From the IMG/VR virus record IMGVR_UViG_3300045988_179859: a stretch of 64,000 nt of DNA; one strand, given 5' to 3'. The notes beneath the pieces are model-generated. The model worked only from the letters and a program-made list of their open reading frames with translations, did no database searches and had not been told where the DNA came from. Made by a program: the position numbers and the translations under genes. Positions 24,377 through 34,585 of this stretch are shown piece by piece. Positions within the stretch are counted from its first letter, which is position 1; every line of letters starts with the position of its first letter. Source of the stretch: a virus.

Positions 24377-26344
24377 GTGGCTTTAAAAAAGAAGAAAAAG
24401 AAGCAGTCTGTGAAAAAGGTTGCCGAGAAAAAACCACAAGCGAGTGTCGAAGAGGCTCCTGAAACAAATAAGTTGATTCGTCATTCTGATTTTATGAGTA
24501 GGATCAAACCTAAGAATAATTATTATTTCTTTAGTGATTATTTTGTGATTGATGGTTCAACGTATGGGTCAGTTCTAACATTGTTGCATAATGATGGTGC
24601 TGATAATAAACTTCCAAAGTTCTGGGGCGTTTTGGTTTCGTTGAATAACTGGGCGAACGATGAAGAATTTAAGGATGTTCGAATTCGATTTATTAATCAG
24701 GCGCGTAAACGTGATGATAACTGGGTTCGAACCAAACAAGTTCAATCAGAACGGGTTGTTGTATCTGACCAAGTGGAATCAAGTGGATTCTCGCGGAGTG
24801 ATAAAGCAACTGTTGGTGATAATGCGGAAGCTCTCGATCGTGTAACAGAAGAAATTCGTACGGGTGCCGCTTATTTAGATGTGCGTATGCATTATTTAAT
24901 TAAAGCGCCGTCACTTGATGTATTGGATAAAGCAGTTCGTCGTTTGAATCGTAATTTGCGAGATCATTTCGATACAGTTGTGGCTCGAGCGAAGTCTGGG
25001 GCTCAACGTCATGATTTGAATATGTTGCTTCGATCAACTGTTATGAATGATGAACGACAATTCGGTTTTACATCAGAAGAGTATGCTGGTTTTTATAATC
25101 TAGTAACACATGGTATCGAAGATTTGACCGGTGAATATGTTGGTCAGATGCGTGGTGATATTAACGCTTCGGCTGTGTTGTTTGATATTGATAAGTATCG
25201 ACATCATGTTGTAGTAGCGTCTGCGAGGGAAGCTCGGACGATGTCATATACGCAGGAAGAGTTGTCGCCTTATAAACCGCTAAAAGGTGCTGATATGTGG
25301 GGCGTCAAGATTGGACAAAACGCATTGATGAATCGACATCGGGTTGTTCATTTCGTACTAAACGGATCCGATATTCAATCGGTGGGTCTTGATTTATCTC
25401 GATTGACGGCGGACGTTAATATGAGTAAAGGATCGTTGAACCCGTTTGAAGTATTCGGTGAAAAACATGATGAAATGAACTTGTTTGCGGCTCAAACTGA
25501 GAAGATTATCCTGATGGCTCTTATGATGGTCAGTGGTGATGTGAAAGATGAATCATTGATCCGTACTGAACTGAATGATCTCTTGGCTGATTTCTATATT
25601 GACCAAAACATGTGGGTTAAAGATGCGTCAGATGCTATTAACCGAACACAAGTTAAGTTGGTTGGATTGCCTCACTCGGAATATCCACGGTTGCCTGAGT
25701 TTATCGCGTATATCAAACAAGAGTATGAAACACTCGCGCAAGGTGAACGTAACGAACCAGCTCGTCAAGAGCGTCTGAAATTGTTGCACGGTATCTTTAA
25801 AGAGATGCTTGCAAATAATGGTGATATTTTCGATACGATCACGTCTGATCGAATTGATGATGCTGATTATGATTCTCGGGTTATTTATGATTTTTCAGCA
25901 TTGCGTACGCGTGGTGATAACGTCGCAATGGCACAATTCGTAAATGTGTTGTCTTATGCGGTTCGATCTCTTGGTAAAGACGATGTGGTTATTGTTCATG
26001 GAACCGAATTAATTATGGATGTATTGAAACCGTATGTTTCTCGTCAGTTTGATGAATTGTTCAACAAGGGTGTTCGTGTTGTATACTGTTACGGTGATAT
26101 TGACGCGGTTCTCGACGACAAAGACTTTAACGATCTAGATGAAGCCGATTATACTTTGTTTGGACGTATGAGTTTGAACGATATTGATCGCTATCAAGAA
26201 ATTCTAGGTCGAGAAATTCCGAAGAATTTGAATGATTTGATTACGGCCGACAAAGACGAAAGTTGGTATCTGCGACGATCTTTTGAAAACGTGGTGTTCG
26301 ACTGTGACTTAGGGCTCGGCCTTTCTGTAGAAAGCGAGGTCTAA
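24377..26344 (+). CDS. hypothetical protein (655 aa), no P-loop
   Basis: Lys-rich N terminus; no Walker A despite sitting where a VirB4 would be expected. Confidence 0.6.
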   Translation: MALKKKKKKQSVKKVAEKKPQASVEEAPETNKLIRHSDFMSRIKPKNNYYFFSDYFVIDGSTYGSVLTLLHNDGADNKLPKFWGVLVSLNNWANDEEFKDVRIRFINQARKRDDNWVRTKQVQSERVVVSDQVESSGFSRSDKATVGDNAEALDRVTEEIRTGAAYLDVRMHYLIKAPSLDVLDKAVRRLNRNLRDHFDTVVARAKSGAQRHDLNMLLRSTVMNDERQFGFTSEEYAGFYNLVTHGIEDLTGEYVGQMRGDINASAVLFDIDKYRHHVVVASAREARTMSYTQEELSPYKPLKGADMWGVKIGQNALMNRHRVVHFVLNGSDIQSVGLDLSRLTADVNMSKGSLNPFEVFGEKHDEMNLFAAQTEKIILMALMMVSGDVKDESLIRTELNDLLADFYIDQNMWVKDASDAINRTQVKLVGLPHSEYPRLPEFIAYIKQEYETLAQGERNEPARQERLKLLHGIFKEMLANNGDIFDTITSDRIDDADYDSRVIYDFSALRTRGDNVAMAQFVNVLSYAVRSLGKDDVVIVHGTELIMDVLKPYVSRQFDELFNKGVRVVYCYGDIDAVLDDKDFNDLDEADYTLFGRMSLNDIDRYQEILGREIPKNLNDLITADKDESWYLRRSFENVVFDCDLGLGLSVESEV

Positions 26345-26345
26345 T

Positions 26346-29300
26346 GTGAAGAAGTTTAAATGGTTTATTCCACTGTTGCTCGTTGGGTTGACAGTCTTCG
26401 GTGGGAATTTGATTCAAAGTATCTCTCCATCAGCGGGGTCTGTGTTTGTACAGACGGTATATGCCGCTGACGATGAGGATAAAGACAAAGACGCAATTGA
26501 CAGTTCGATTTATGCGAAAGCCAGTGATATCGCAAATGCTTTCAACCAAGGTCTTTCAGCATTAGGTTCTGATAAAGACGAAGATGTTGAAAAAGCGAAT
26601 AAATTGCTCGACTTGGTTCGTCAGAATCCAACTTCAGCAACGAACGTGGGTAATGCTGGTGGAGCTCTTGGTTACGCGGATAATCCGACAGGTTTTGTTA
26701 GTCTTGGTACGAAGTTGAAAAACTGGATTATTTCGAAAGTGTCTGCAAACTCTTCAGCTTATAGTTATAAAGGTCTTGCGAACGTAACACTGAGTCCAAA
26801 CAATGACGATAGAGGCAATAGCGTTAAGACATCTTCTTTTATTGGATATGCTTTATACGGTAAGGCTTTGACTGAAAACGGTTATATGAAGATGGGTGAT
26901 TCGACTATCATTGGTACTGTTATTCAGTTTGGTCGCGTTATTGGTGGTATGATTATCTTGGTTCTTTATATGATCAATTTAGTCATTCCTGTGTTGTTCG
27001 CTGTTGTTCTTAAATTGATGATGATCTTCAATCCATTTGTTTGGTTGGCTAAAGGGTCAGGCGTTGCAAATGCAGCGACAGGCGGTTTATTGAAGAGTGC
27101 TATTGATACAAATATTCCGGGGGCTGAGTTCTTCGGAAACATGGTTCAAAGTTTCAATGGTCTTTATGCCGCGTTGACTTCGGCAGGATTGCTGTCTATT
27201 GTATTCTTGTTGATGTTCTTGATTGCGGGTGTATTCATCTTTGGTAAAATTGGTGGTGTTAAATCACGATTTGTCAAAATTGTGTTGCGTTTATTGATTA
27301 TTGTTTTAGGTATTCCTCTAGTAGGTGGTACTTATACATCAACTCTTAAGTGGCTTCAAAAAGAAGCAGCTGATTCAGGGGCTTCTGGTTATGTGAATTA
27401 TATCATTGCGTCATCGTTTATCCGTGTTGATTCATGGGTTGAAAATACGCGTTTGGCGCCTCCAACAGCAAAAGGTACGCTTGCTACGAGTCCGGGTGCT
27501 TCATTGATTAAGTATAATCCGAAAGAGATGGTTGCGTCTCGTGATACGCAAGATTTACGTCGAGTTGCGGCCGCAATTAATGTTATTGCCGCTCAAGGCG
27601 ATCATGAAGGAACTGGTTCAAATGATTGGGCTCGTGTTCTTGGAAATAATTTAGCAAGTACTAGTTCTAATGCAAGTGATGGATTAAGTTCATATCAAAG
27701 TGCTTCAGGCTATGGTAAAGATCAAGCAACTCTTGATAGCGGTGATTCGTTTACCGCTGATTTGAAAACGGTAGCTAATTCGTCAGCTGTATCATGGGTT
27801 GTAGATACCTTGTTCAAATTTATGGGATCTACTAAATACACGGGCGCCAACTACGATTCATTTGTTAAAGGTACAATTCATTCCAAACCTGGTTTGAAAG
27901 CCGCTAATGGATTGCTTTCATTGAACTTTGAGATCTTAGACAACGTTGGCGATTGGAAGAAAGATACATCGGAGGGCGTCAACAAAGGTTCAACGGGGTA
28001 CATTCTTTATGATGGTACTGGTATTAAAGGGCTAGGTGAGTCTGACGGTGGTAAAGGTGAAGGTGATGCAGGACGAGCTTTTGCTAAAGGCTATACTGAT
28101 CGTAAGTATAACTTCTATAACAATGGTTTCTTATCGGTAACACCTACAGGTAACGGGTTCATGGATAGTGATCAGGTTTCATATTATTTGAAATCAGGTG
28201 GATCTATTGCAAATGGTTCATGGCAAACGTCGCATTTGGATACAGCCGCGAATAATACCGGTTTTGGTTTTTCTGATTTGGCTATGTATAACTTCTTGAA
28301 TACATCGTTTGAAGGATCAGGTATGGTTGTTTATTCACCATCTAATTCGACAAGTATCTTGTCACTTGGTCAATATCAAACAGTTGTTATGCCGGGTCGT
28401 GGATTCGATGTGTTTATGTTATGGCTTGAAACGGTTGTTATTCTCCTAGTATTCGTTATTGTAGGTATTTTGTTCTGGTACGAAATGATTACTAAAGTGT
28501 TCTTCAATTTCTTCGGATTGTTGACGAATATCTTCGGTTCAGCGCTTGGATCACTTAACTTCTTTATGAAGATGGTTCTTTATGCAGGTGCCGCATTGAT
28601 CCAATTAGTAACTGCAATGGTGGCTTATTTAATGATTACACAAATCCTTATGGGTGTTGTGACAATGGCTAGTAAGTTGGCTGCAAATGCGACAATCGTG
28701 TTGCCTCTTGGTGCGATGAATATCCAAGCGGGTGCAACTATTGGTTCAGCTCTCGCTCGTATTCTTTCAATTTTCTTATTGTTGGCTATCGCCTTTAGTG
28801 CTCGCTACGTGTATAAAAAGCACGTAGCCAGTGCTATTATGGAATTCTTCACTGAAATGATTACGAAGTTTACTCATCGTTTGGATCAAGCTCAAGGTGG
28901 AGATGGAACGGCTGGTCAAAAGCTTCAAGCTGCTGGTGAGCAACACAAGAAAGACATTGATAAGTCTGATTATCAAGATGCTCTCGCACAAGAGAAAGCT
29001 CTTGATATGGAAGATCGTCGTCAAGGTAAACAAGGTCGTTCAAATGCTGAACTTCGAGCAGCCGCTCGAGCGAAAGCTATGCAAACTAAAGCAGCTCGAC
29101 TTAATGATGTGGCGCATGGTCGTACAAGTGAACATGCATTGAGCTCTGAAAAAGAATTGCAAGAAAGTCGTAAAGACCAGTTGGCTCAGAAGAAAGACGA
29201 AACGAACGAATATCGTCGTAATGCTCGTGAAATCAAGCGTAATTCTAAATTGTTGGAATCACGTGACTCTGCAATTGCTCAAGAAGTTGCTAAATATAAC

Positions 29301-31109
29301 AAAGATGTCGAGGGTAAAGGCTTTACATCTTTGGATCAAGGTTACGGTGACGTTGATGGTGACGGTCATGATATGGATCCTAAAACGATTAGTGATGAGG
29401 ATGCGGCGGCAAAAGCTGGTATCGGTAACTATGATGATCTGTATAAAGCAAATACGGAATTGAATCACGCTGAAAGTCAAATTCGAGGACGTATGTCTAA
29501 GAAACAGGAAGCCCGCGCTGATTTGATGAAAACTCGTGAAGGCAAACGTGCGGAATTGGAGAGCGCTAAGCGAAATCAATCACAAGTCGAAGGTCGTTTA
29601 GCTAATGCTATGCAGGTTCGAGATAAAGCACAAGGTGCTTTGGATGAAGCCATGGCTGGTGGCAATCAACCAACAATTGATGCCGCACGAGCTCGTTTGG
29701 CTGATGCTAACAGCAATGTCGCTAAGTTTGAACAACAATCTCAAGACGCGCAAAGCGAAGTTAGTGCCGCTCAAAAAGGTGTTGATGATGTAGATGCGCA
29801 ATTGGATGCGAACAATGAAGCTATCGCGGCGGACGACGCTGAACTTGACACAATTCGAAGCAATCGCGTATTGGTTCGTCGTGCTGCGAAGCACTTAGCT
29901 CGTAAGAGCGGTTTCCAATCGAATGTCGCTGGCGAAGTGCAACAAGTAACTTTGGCTGATGGTTCAAGAGGTACTGCGAAAGTCTTTAAGGGTGATCCTG
30001 ATAGAGCATTTAGTGATTTGACTAAATTGCGAAATTCTATGATTGAAGGTCAAGCACTTGAATCGCAATACAAATCTATGAAAGAATCTGATCCGGTCGG
30101 TGCTCAAAGAATCTATCAACAGCTTCAACAAAATAATCAACAACGTGCTTCTTCTGTACAAAATCTCGCCCAAATGGGATTCGATGTACAAAATATGACA
30201 ACACTTGATCAAGTGAATGAGGTTGGACAAGCGTTCGAGCAAGAATTCAATACTGTATCGGGTGGTCAAGGAAGTGTTGTTGTATCAGGTAATACTCAAG
30301 CGCGTTCAATCACACCGTACGGTCGTACGGTTAAAGCTCCTGTCGAAGGTGTCAAACCTGAGTTGTATACACCTCAAAATCAGGCGCCTGCACCGTTTAT
30401 TAATGGTCGTCAACAGCAAGTGGCATCACTTTATGATAACGGTGGTCCTGGAAATGTCGTACAGATGCCGACACGGACAGTGACTGCAACAAGTGGTCCA
30501 CAAAGTAATGACACTCGACGTACGATTCGAGCTAAACAAGAAACTCGAATTGTCAGTGGTGATCCATCTGTGGGTGTTGATCATCTCGATGTTATTTCTG
30601 AAGAACATGTTACACATGAGTCTGTCGGTGGTGGTGGCCCACGTAGAACGATTGTGAATCAAGTCCAAGGTTCACGTGTGGTTCAAGGGCAACCTTCTGT
30701 ACAGAGTCAATCTCCGATTATGAATCCGGTGTCAGGTGGTGTTTTAGGTGGTGGATATTCCGGACCAGCGCCTATTCAATCACAAGCGTCAGGTCCTCGT
30801 AATTTGGGAACGACGACTCTCACAACAGATACAACAGAATTTGTTCAAGGTGCTTCTAACGATACTCGTCGAACAGTTCGTCGTAATAACAATGTACGAG
30901 TTCAAGAACGGGCTTCTCAAGCAACAGATACTATTGAGGTTCGCGATGAAGGATTTGTTCAATACGAACAATCTCAACCGCAATCTCGACGGAATGTTGT
31001 TCGTACTACGAAAGGACAACCGAAAAGTCCAGTACAGCGTCCGGGTGTGACTTATGGGCCTAATAATAAGGTTCAACCGGCACCATTATCGCGTAAACCT
31101 AAAAAGTGA
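26346..31109 (+). CDS. giant polytopic membrane protein (1587 aa), VirB6/TcpH/ConG-like candidate
   Basis: signal peptide, two clusters of TM helices, long coiled-coil/Gln-rich C-terminal half. Confidence 0.7.
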   Translation: MKKFKWFIPLLLVGLTVFGGNLIQSISPSAGSVFVQTVYAADDEDKDKDAIDSSIYAKASDIANAFNQGLSALGSDKDEDVEKANKLLDLVRQNPTSATNVGNAGGALGYADNPTGFVSLGTKLKNWIISKVSANSSAYSYKGLANVTLSPNNDDRGNSVKTSSFIGYALYGKALTENGYMKMGDSTIIGTVIQFGRVIGGMIILVLYMINLVIPVLFAVVLKLMMIFNPFVWLAKGSGVANAATGGLLKSAIDTNIPGAEFFGNMVQSFNGLYAALTSAGLLSIVFLLMFLIAGVFIFGKIGGVKSRFVKIVLRLLIIVLGIPLVGGTYTSTLKWLQKEAADSGASGYVNYIIASSFIRVDSWVENTRLAPPTAKGTLATSPGASLIKYNPKEMVASRDTQDLRRVAAAINVIAAQGDHEGTGSNDWARVLGNNLASTSSNASDGLSSYQSASGYGKDQATLDSGDSFTADLKTVANSSAVSWVVDTLFKFMGSTKYTGANYDSFVKGTIHSKPGLKAANGLLSLNFEILDNVGDWKKDTSEGVNKGSTGYILYDGTGIKGLGESDGGKGEGDAGRAFAKGYTDRKYNFYNNGFLSVTPTGNGFMDSDQVSYYLKSGGSIANGSWQTSHLDTAANNTGFGFSDLAMYNFLNTSFEGSGMVVYSPSNSTSILSLGQYQTVVMPGRGFDVFMLWLETVVILLVFVIVGILFWYEMITKVFFNFFGLLTNIFGSALGSLNFFMKMVLYAGAALIQLVTAMVAYLMITQILMGVVTMASKLAANATIVLPLGAMNIQAGATIGSALARILSIFLLLAIAFSARYVYKKHVASAIMEFFTEMITKFTHRLDQAQGGDGTAGQKLQAAGEQHKKDIDKSDYQDALAQEKALDMEDRRQGKQGRSNAELRAAARAKAMQTKAARLNDVAHGRTSEHALSSEKELQESRKDQLAQKKDETNEYRRNAREIKRNSKLLESRDSAIAQEVAKYNKDVEGKGFTSLDQGYGDVDGDGHDMDPKTISDEDAAAKAGIGNYDDLYKANTELNHAESQIRGRMSKKQEARADLMKTREGKRAELESAKRNQSQVEGRLANAMQVRDKAQGALDEAMAGGNQPTIDAARARLADANSNVAKFEQQSQDAQSEVSAAQKGVDDVDAQLDANNEAIAADDAELDTIRSNRVLVRRAAKHLARKSGFQSNVAGEVQQVTLADGSRGTAKVFKGDPDRAFSDLTKLRNSMIEGQALESQYKSMKESDPVGAQRIYQQLQQNNQQRASSVQNLAQMGFDVQNMTTLDQVNEVGQAFEQEFNTVSGGQGSVVVSGNTQARSITPYGRTVKAPVEGVKPELYTPQNQAPAPFINGRQQQVASLYDNGGPGNVVQMPTRTVTATSGPQSNDTRRTIRAKQETRIVSGDPSVGVDHLDVISEEHVTHESVGGGGPRRTIVNQVQGSRVVQGQPSVQSQSPIMNPVSGGVLGGGYSGPAPIQSQASGPRNLGTTTLTTDTTEFVQGASNDTRRTVRRNNNVRVQERASQATDTIEVRDEGFVQYEQSQPQSRRNVVRTTKGQPKSPVQRPGVTYGPNNKVQPAPLSRKPKK

Positions 31110-31134
31110 TGAAAATTTTCATCACTTTTTTTTC
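31100..31134 (+). terminator. rho-independent terminator
   Basis: agtgatgaaaattttcatcact followed by T8. Confidence 0.65.
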
Positions 31135-31142
31135 GCACCTCT

Positions 31143-31171
31143 TGACAAACGATTTCATATTTGCTAAACTT
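31143..31171 (+). promoter_or_regulatory. sigma-A promoter TTGACA-17-TGnTAAACT
   Basis: same architecture as the leader promoters. Confidence 0.5.
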
Positions 31172-31267
31172 ATTATTGTAAAAACTTGCCCAAAAATAAT
31201 TAACGAAGGAGAATATTATGGATCTCAATAGGAGGGCAGGCGAGATTCATGGTAGATCATTAGTCCA

Positions 31268-31654
31268 ATGAATTCATTATTGACTAGCATTTACACCGAG
31301 CTTCCTGTCGGTGCGTGGGATTTGACGTCATTCCTTACAAATGCCTATAAACAAGTTGGCGAATGGGGTAAACTTTTGCTAATGCTCTTGGGTATTATCT
31401 TGATCGTTGTATCAGGTGTTAAGATCTGGCGTAACTTCACAAGTGAAAGCGCACAACGTCAACCTCGTTGGGGTATGACTATTTGCGGATTGCTCGTAGG
31501 TGGTGCTCTCTCTATTTCATCAGGTTGGACACTCTTGAACGATATCGCTCAAGGTGGTCAAAAGACTATCCAAGATTTGGGTGGTGGTGCTATTGTATTC
31601 AGTAATATTGTGGCACATCCCGCTGAAGCTATTCGTGCTTTGATTAGCTTCTAA
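31268..31654 (+). CDS. small 2-TM membrane protein (VirB2/VirB3-like candidate)
   Basis: 128 aa with two hydrophobic helices. Confidence 0.5.
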   Translation: MNSLLTSIYTELPVGAWDLTSFLTNAYKQVGEWGKLLLMLLGIILIVVSGVKIWRNFTSESAQRQPRWGMTICGLLVGGALSISSGWTLLNDIAQGGQKTIQDLGGGAIVFSNIVAHPAEAIRALISF

Positions 31655-31765
31655 TAGTTAGTACGGGATTGAAAGGCTAGGTGAAGACCTAGTCTTTTTT
31701 TTTTGTTGTGAAGTTGAAATATTTGTGATATAATAAGTCTATGACAAAACAGAAAGGGTTTTAAT

Positions 31766-33190
31766 ATGGCTTTTTGGAATAAGGGTATGACCGATGGTGG
31801 TGAAGATACCCGTAAGAATAAGTTAGATAAAGAATTTGACAAAGAAGCTGCCCGTGAAGAACGATTACGTAAATTTAAGATGGGTCAGCACAATATTATT
31901 GAGCGACAACTTGTAACGTTGGGTCTTGCGTTAGGTATTACGATTGTGGGAATCTCTATTTCTGCAAATGGTATGATTAAGAAAAACAGCCAAACGTTAT
32001 CAACAAAAGCAATTTATACGGAGCAAGCGGAATATTCTAAGAACTCAGCTGTTAAGGCGAAGGTTGTATCTGTCAACCGTTCTAAAGATGGAAAAACGGC
32101 TTACTTGTTGTTTTATTTTGAACAACCTGACCAAGTTTCGCAGGATGCTCGAAATTATAAAGTGTTCCTCTCAGCTTTTAATGATCGATTAAAAACCACA
32201 CCTGTTGGAAATATGTTCGTATTTGGTTCAACTGGTTATATGGGTGTTCGAATTCATGATGAAGCCGGTATTCCGAACCAGGTGTTAGATATTACGATTC
32301 GTTCTGAGAAAGATGTGGCAACGTCTAAACAAGATAATGAAAAAGCAACTCTTGAGAACGGATATGGTGAAACGTTTAGAAAATACAATCAGATCCGTTT
32401 TTATGCGAACTTTGGTGCGAAGAAAGCAACTGTTGTGGATTTAGCAAACGATGCATCGCCGTCTGAAATGTATTATCAATTAGTTGGTAAAGAAGAAGAT
32501 AAGAAATTGTTGGCTGAGTATGACGAAGAAGTTGCTTCTATCAAGACACAATTGGCTCGTATTGAAGAATATCAAACACGTATTGCCGATCGCGGTTACG
32601 ATGTACCAGAGCTTCCAGAAGTGTTCCGCGATATGAAAGTTACAGCCGATGGTCTTGAAACAACAGCAGTTGTTCCAGGTGGTTATAATTTGAAAGCGGG
32701 TTCTACGCTTCGTGATGGTTATTTGAAACAGTTAATTACTGGCGATATTGATGAAGATGATATTTCTAATTTGTTGGCTGTCAAGTCAGCTGAAACGAGT
32801 GGTTCGTTAACGAAGCAAGTTCAAAAATCAGATGGTACGTATGAAACCGTTGAGGTCAATATTGATAAGTCTAAATTAAAAGGTTTAGCGACAGTTGGTA
32901 ACGACGTACAGTCTTCACTTCAAATCAGAACGTTGAAGAAAACAGGTAGTGACCAAACGCTTGAGCTGAGCGCTGTTCAATCGGATCTTAATTCATCTAC
33001 GGAAATGGCTGTGGCGAAAGATGCGGAACAGTTGAGTCAAGCGTATCAAGCGCTATTCCAATCGTTGCAAAAGGTTCAGGTTACAATTAACCGTAAGCGT
33101 GTTGCTTTGGATGAAGGAATGTTATCACAAAAAACCCTTTATACTCAAACATCAGGTGCGAAGACATTTAATGTTTGGCAACAAAAATAA
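31766..33190 (+). CDS. membrane-anchored extracytoplasmic protein (474 aa), VirB8/TcpC-like candidate
   Basis: single N-terminal TM then about 390 aa outside the membrane. Confidence 0.5.
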   Translation: MAFWNKGMTDGGEDTRKNKLDKEFDKEAAREERLRKFKMGQHNIIERQLVTLGLALGITIVGISISANGMIKKNSQTLSTKAIYTEQAEYSKNSAVKAKVVSVNRSKDGKTAYLLFYFEQPDQVSQDARNYKVFLSAFNDRLKTTPVGNMFVFGSTGYMGVRIHDEAGIPNQVLDITIRSEKDVATSKQDNEKATLENGYGETFRKYNQIRFYANFGAKKATVVDLANDASPSEMYYQLVGKEEDKKLLAEYDEEVASIKTQLARIEEYQTRIADRGYDVPELPEVFRDMKVTADGLETTAVVPGGYNLKAGSTLRDGYLKQLITGDIDEDDISNLLAVKSAETSGSLTKQVQKSDGTYETVEVNIDKSKLKGLATVGNDVQSSLQIRTLKKTGSDQTLELSAVQSDLNSSTEMAVAKDAEQLSQAYQALFQSLQKVQVTINRKRVALDEGMLSQKTLYTQTSGAKTFNVWQQK

Positions 33191-33278
33191 GAATAAGCCC
33201 GTCCAATTCGGGCTTTTTTGAGACTTTTTAGGGCTTTTGTGATATAATAGGCTTAGTTATTTGCAGAAAGGAATAGTC

Positions 33279-33986
33279 ATGGCGAAATTGTCAAAAGAAA
33301 AGAAACTAAAATATGGTGATCGTGATCACTTAGTTTCTATTAAAACAAAATCAGGTAAAGAGATAGGCGGTCGTTTTTTTGATTGGTTGTTGCCTAGATG
33401 GTCTGTAGTACCAGTTGTCGTCTGCGGTTTAATTGTTGGTGGTAGCGTTGTAGGCAATATTTTACAGAATAAAGTAGTTGAATCTCGTAATGAACAGCTT
33501 GTTGCTAAGATTAAAACAGCTAAAGCAGAATTAAAACGCGAAAAGAAATCAGTCAAACCGAGTGTGATTTATAAAGATGTGGCGGTTCAAACTCATAATG
33601 CTGGTGCTACGGGTAAAGCGGTTGCTGATAGTATGATGACTGTTACGAAGAAACAAGATGTTTCTACAAGGGCGTCTGTGTCGGATGATGATGCTGTTAA
33701 GGCTACGAATGTTTTGATGAAGTCTTTGGATAAGAGCGCGTCTGAGTGGTCTAAGGTTAAATCGTGGTTGAAGCGACCTGATTGGACGCTAACGTTTGAG
33801 TCAGATGTTCCTTTTGAGGGCACGGATGTTCAAACAATGTTTACGATTAAGGATGGTTCTGGAAAAACAGTAGGTTATGTTCTTGCGAAGTATGATGCTG
33901 TCGAAGATTTGTTTACGAATGTCAAAACTGTATACGTGAAAGATGTTCGTGATTTGAAATTGGATGGGGGAACTAAGCATGAATAA
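33279..33986 (+). CDS. membrane-anchored protein, paralogue A
   Basis: start chosen at the SD-preceded MAKLSK; N-terminal TM; C-terminal domain paralogous to 36683-37405. Confidence 0.6.
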   Translation: MAKLSKEKKLKYGDRDHLVSIKTKSGKEIGGRFFDWLLPRWSVVPVVVCGLIVGGSVVGNILQNKVVESRNEQLVAKIKTAKAELKREKKSVKPSVIYKDVAVQTHNAGATGKAVADSMMTVTKKQDVSTRASVSDDDAVKATNVLMKSLDKSASEWSKVKSWLKRPDWTLTFESDVPFEGTDVQTMFTIKDGSGKTVGYVLAKYDAVEDLFTNVKTVYVKDVRDLKLDGGTKHE

Positions 33987-34572
33987 GTATAAGAATTTGA
34001 TTAAGAACGTTCTGGTTACGATTGTTACAATGTTTGTTACGTGGATTTCCTTATTGCTGATTAGTGTGTTTTTAGCGGGTCCGTCGAAGTTGAATTCACA
34101 GTTGAAAGATATGTATGCGTCCGTGCGAAACCAGATTGTTGATGCGCGCGGTGTGTCGCATTCGAAAAAGACAGAGACTAAGAAAAATATTAAAGGTGTT
34201 TCGACTGATATTTTTGAAGATGATTCAAAACAAGCGGAAAAGGCGTTCAAGTCATATTTGGCAATTGATTCGGCTAAGGATTACACCGATGTTAAAAAAC
34301 TTGTAACGAATCAGTTTACATCCGAATCGAATTTTGTTAAAATGTTTTTTGAAAGCGATACATTTACGAATAAAATGTCGTTTAAATCATTGGATGTTAT
34401 TATGAAATCGTGGTCTGAAGACGGATCTGTTGCGTATAATGGTATTTTAAGCTATACTGTTAATGGTAAAGAGCATCGTCGATTGGTTACATTTACTATG
34501 TTTTATAACACGGATGATCGTACTAGTCGTGATTTGAAAGATGTTCAAGTAAATGATGCTGAATTTATGTAG
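33979..34572 (+). CDS. membrane-anchored protein, paralogue B
   Basis: start at the SD-preceded MNKYKN; paralogous to 37405-38064. Confidence 0.6.
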   Translation: MNKYKNLIKNVLVTIVTMFVTWISLLLISVFLAGPSKLNSQLKDMYASVRNQIVDARGVSHSKKTETKKNIKGVSTDIFEDDSKQAEKAFKSYLAIDSAKDYTDVKKLVTNQFTSESNFVKMFFESDTFTNKMSFKSLDVIMKSWSEDGSVAYNGILSYTVNGKEHRRLVTFTMFYNTDDRTSRDLKDVQVNDAEFM

Positions 34573-34585
34573 AAAGGCGTAGGGT

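Noticed and set aside
24377-26344. VirB4/TraE ATPase at the expected position
   Set aside because: No Walker A (GxxGxGK[ST]) appears anywhere in the 655-aa sequence, so it is left as a hypothetical protein.
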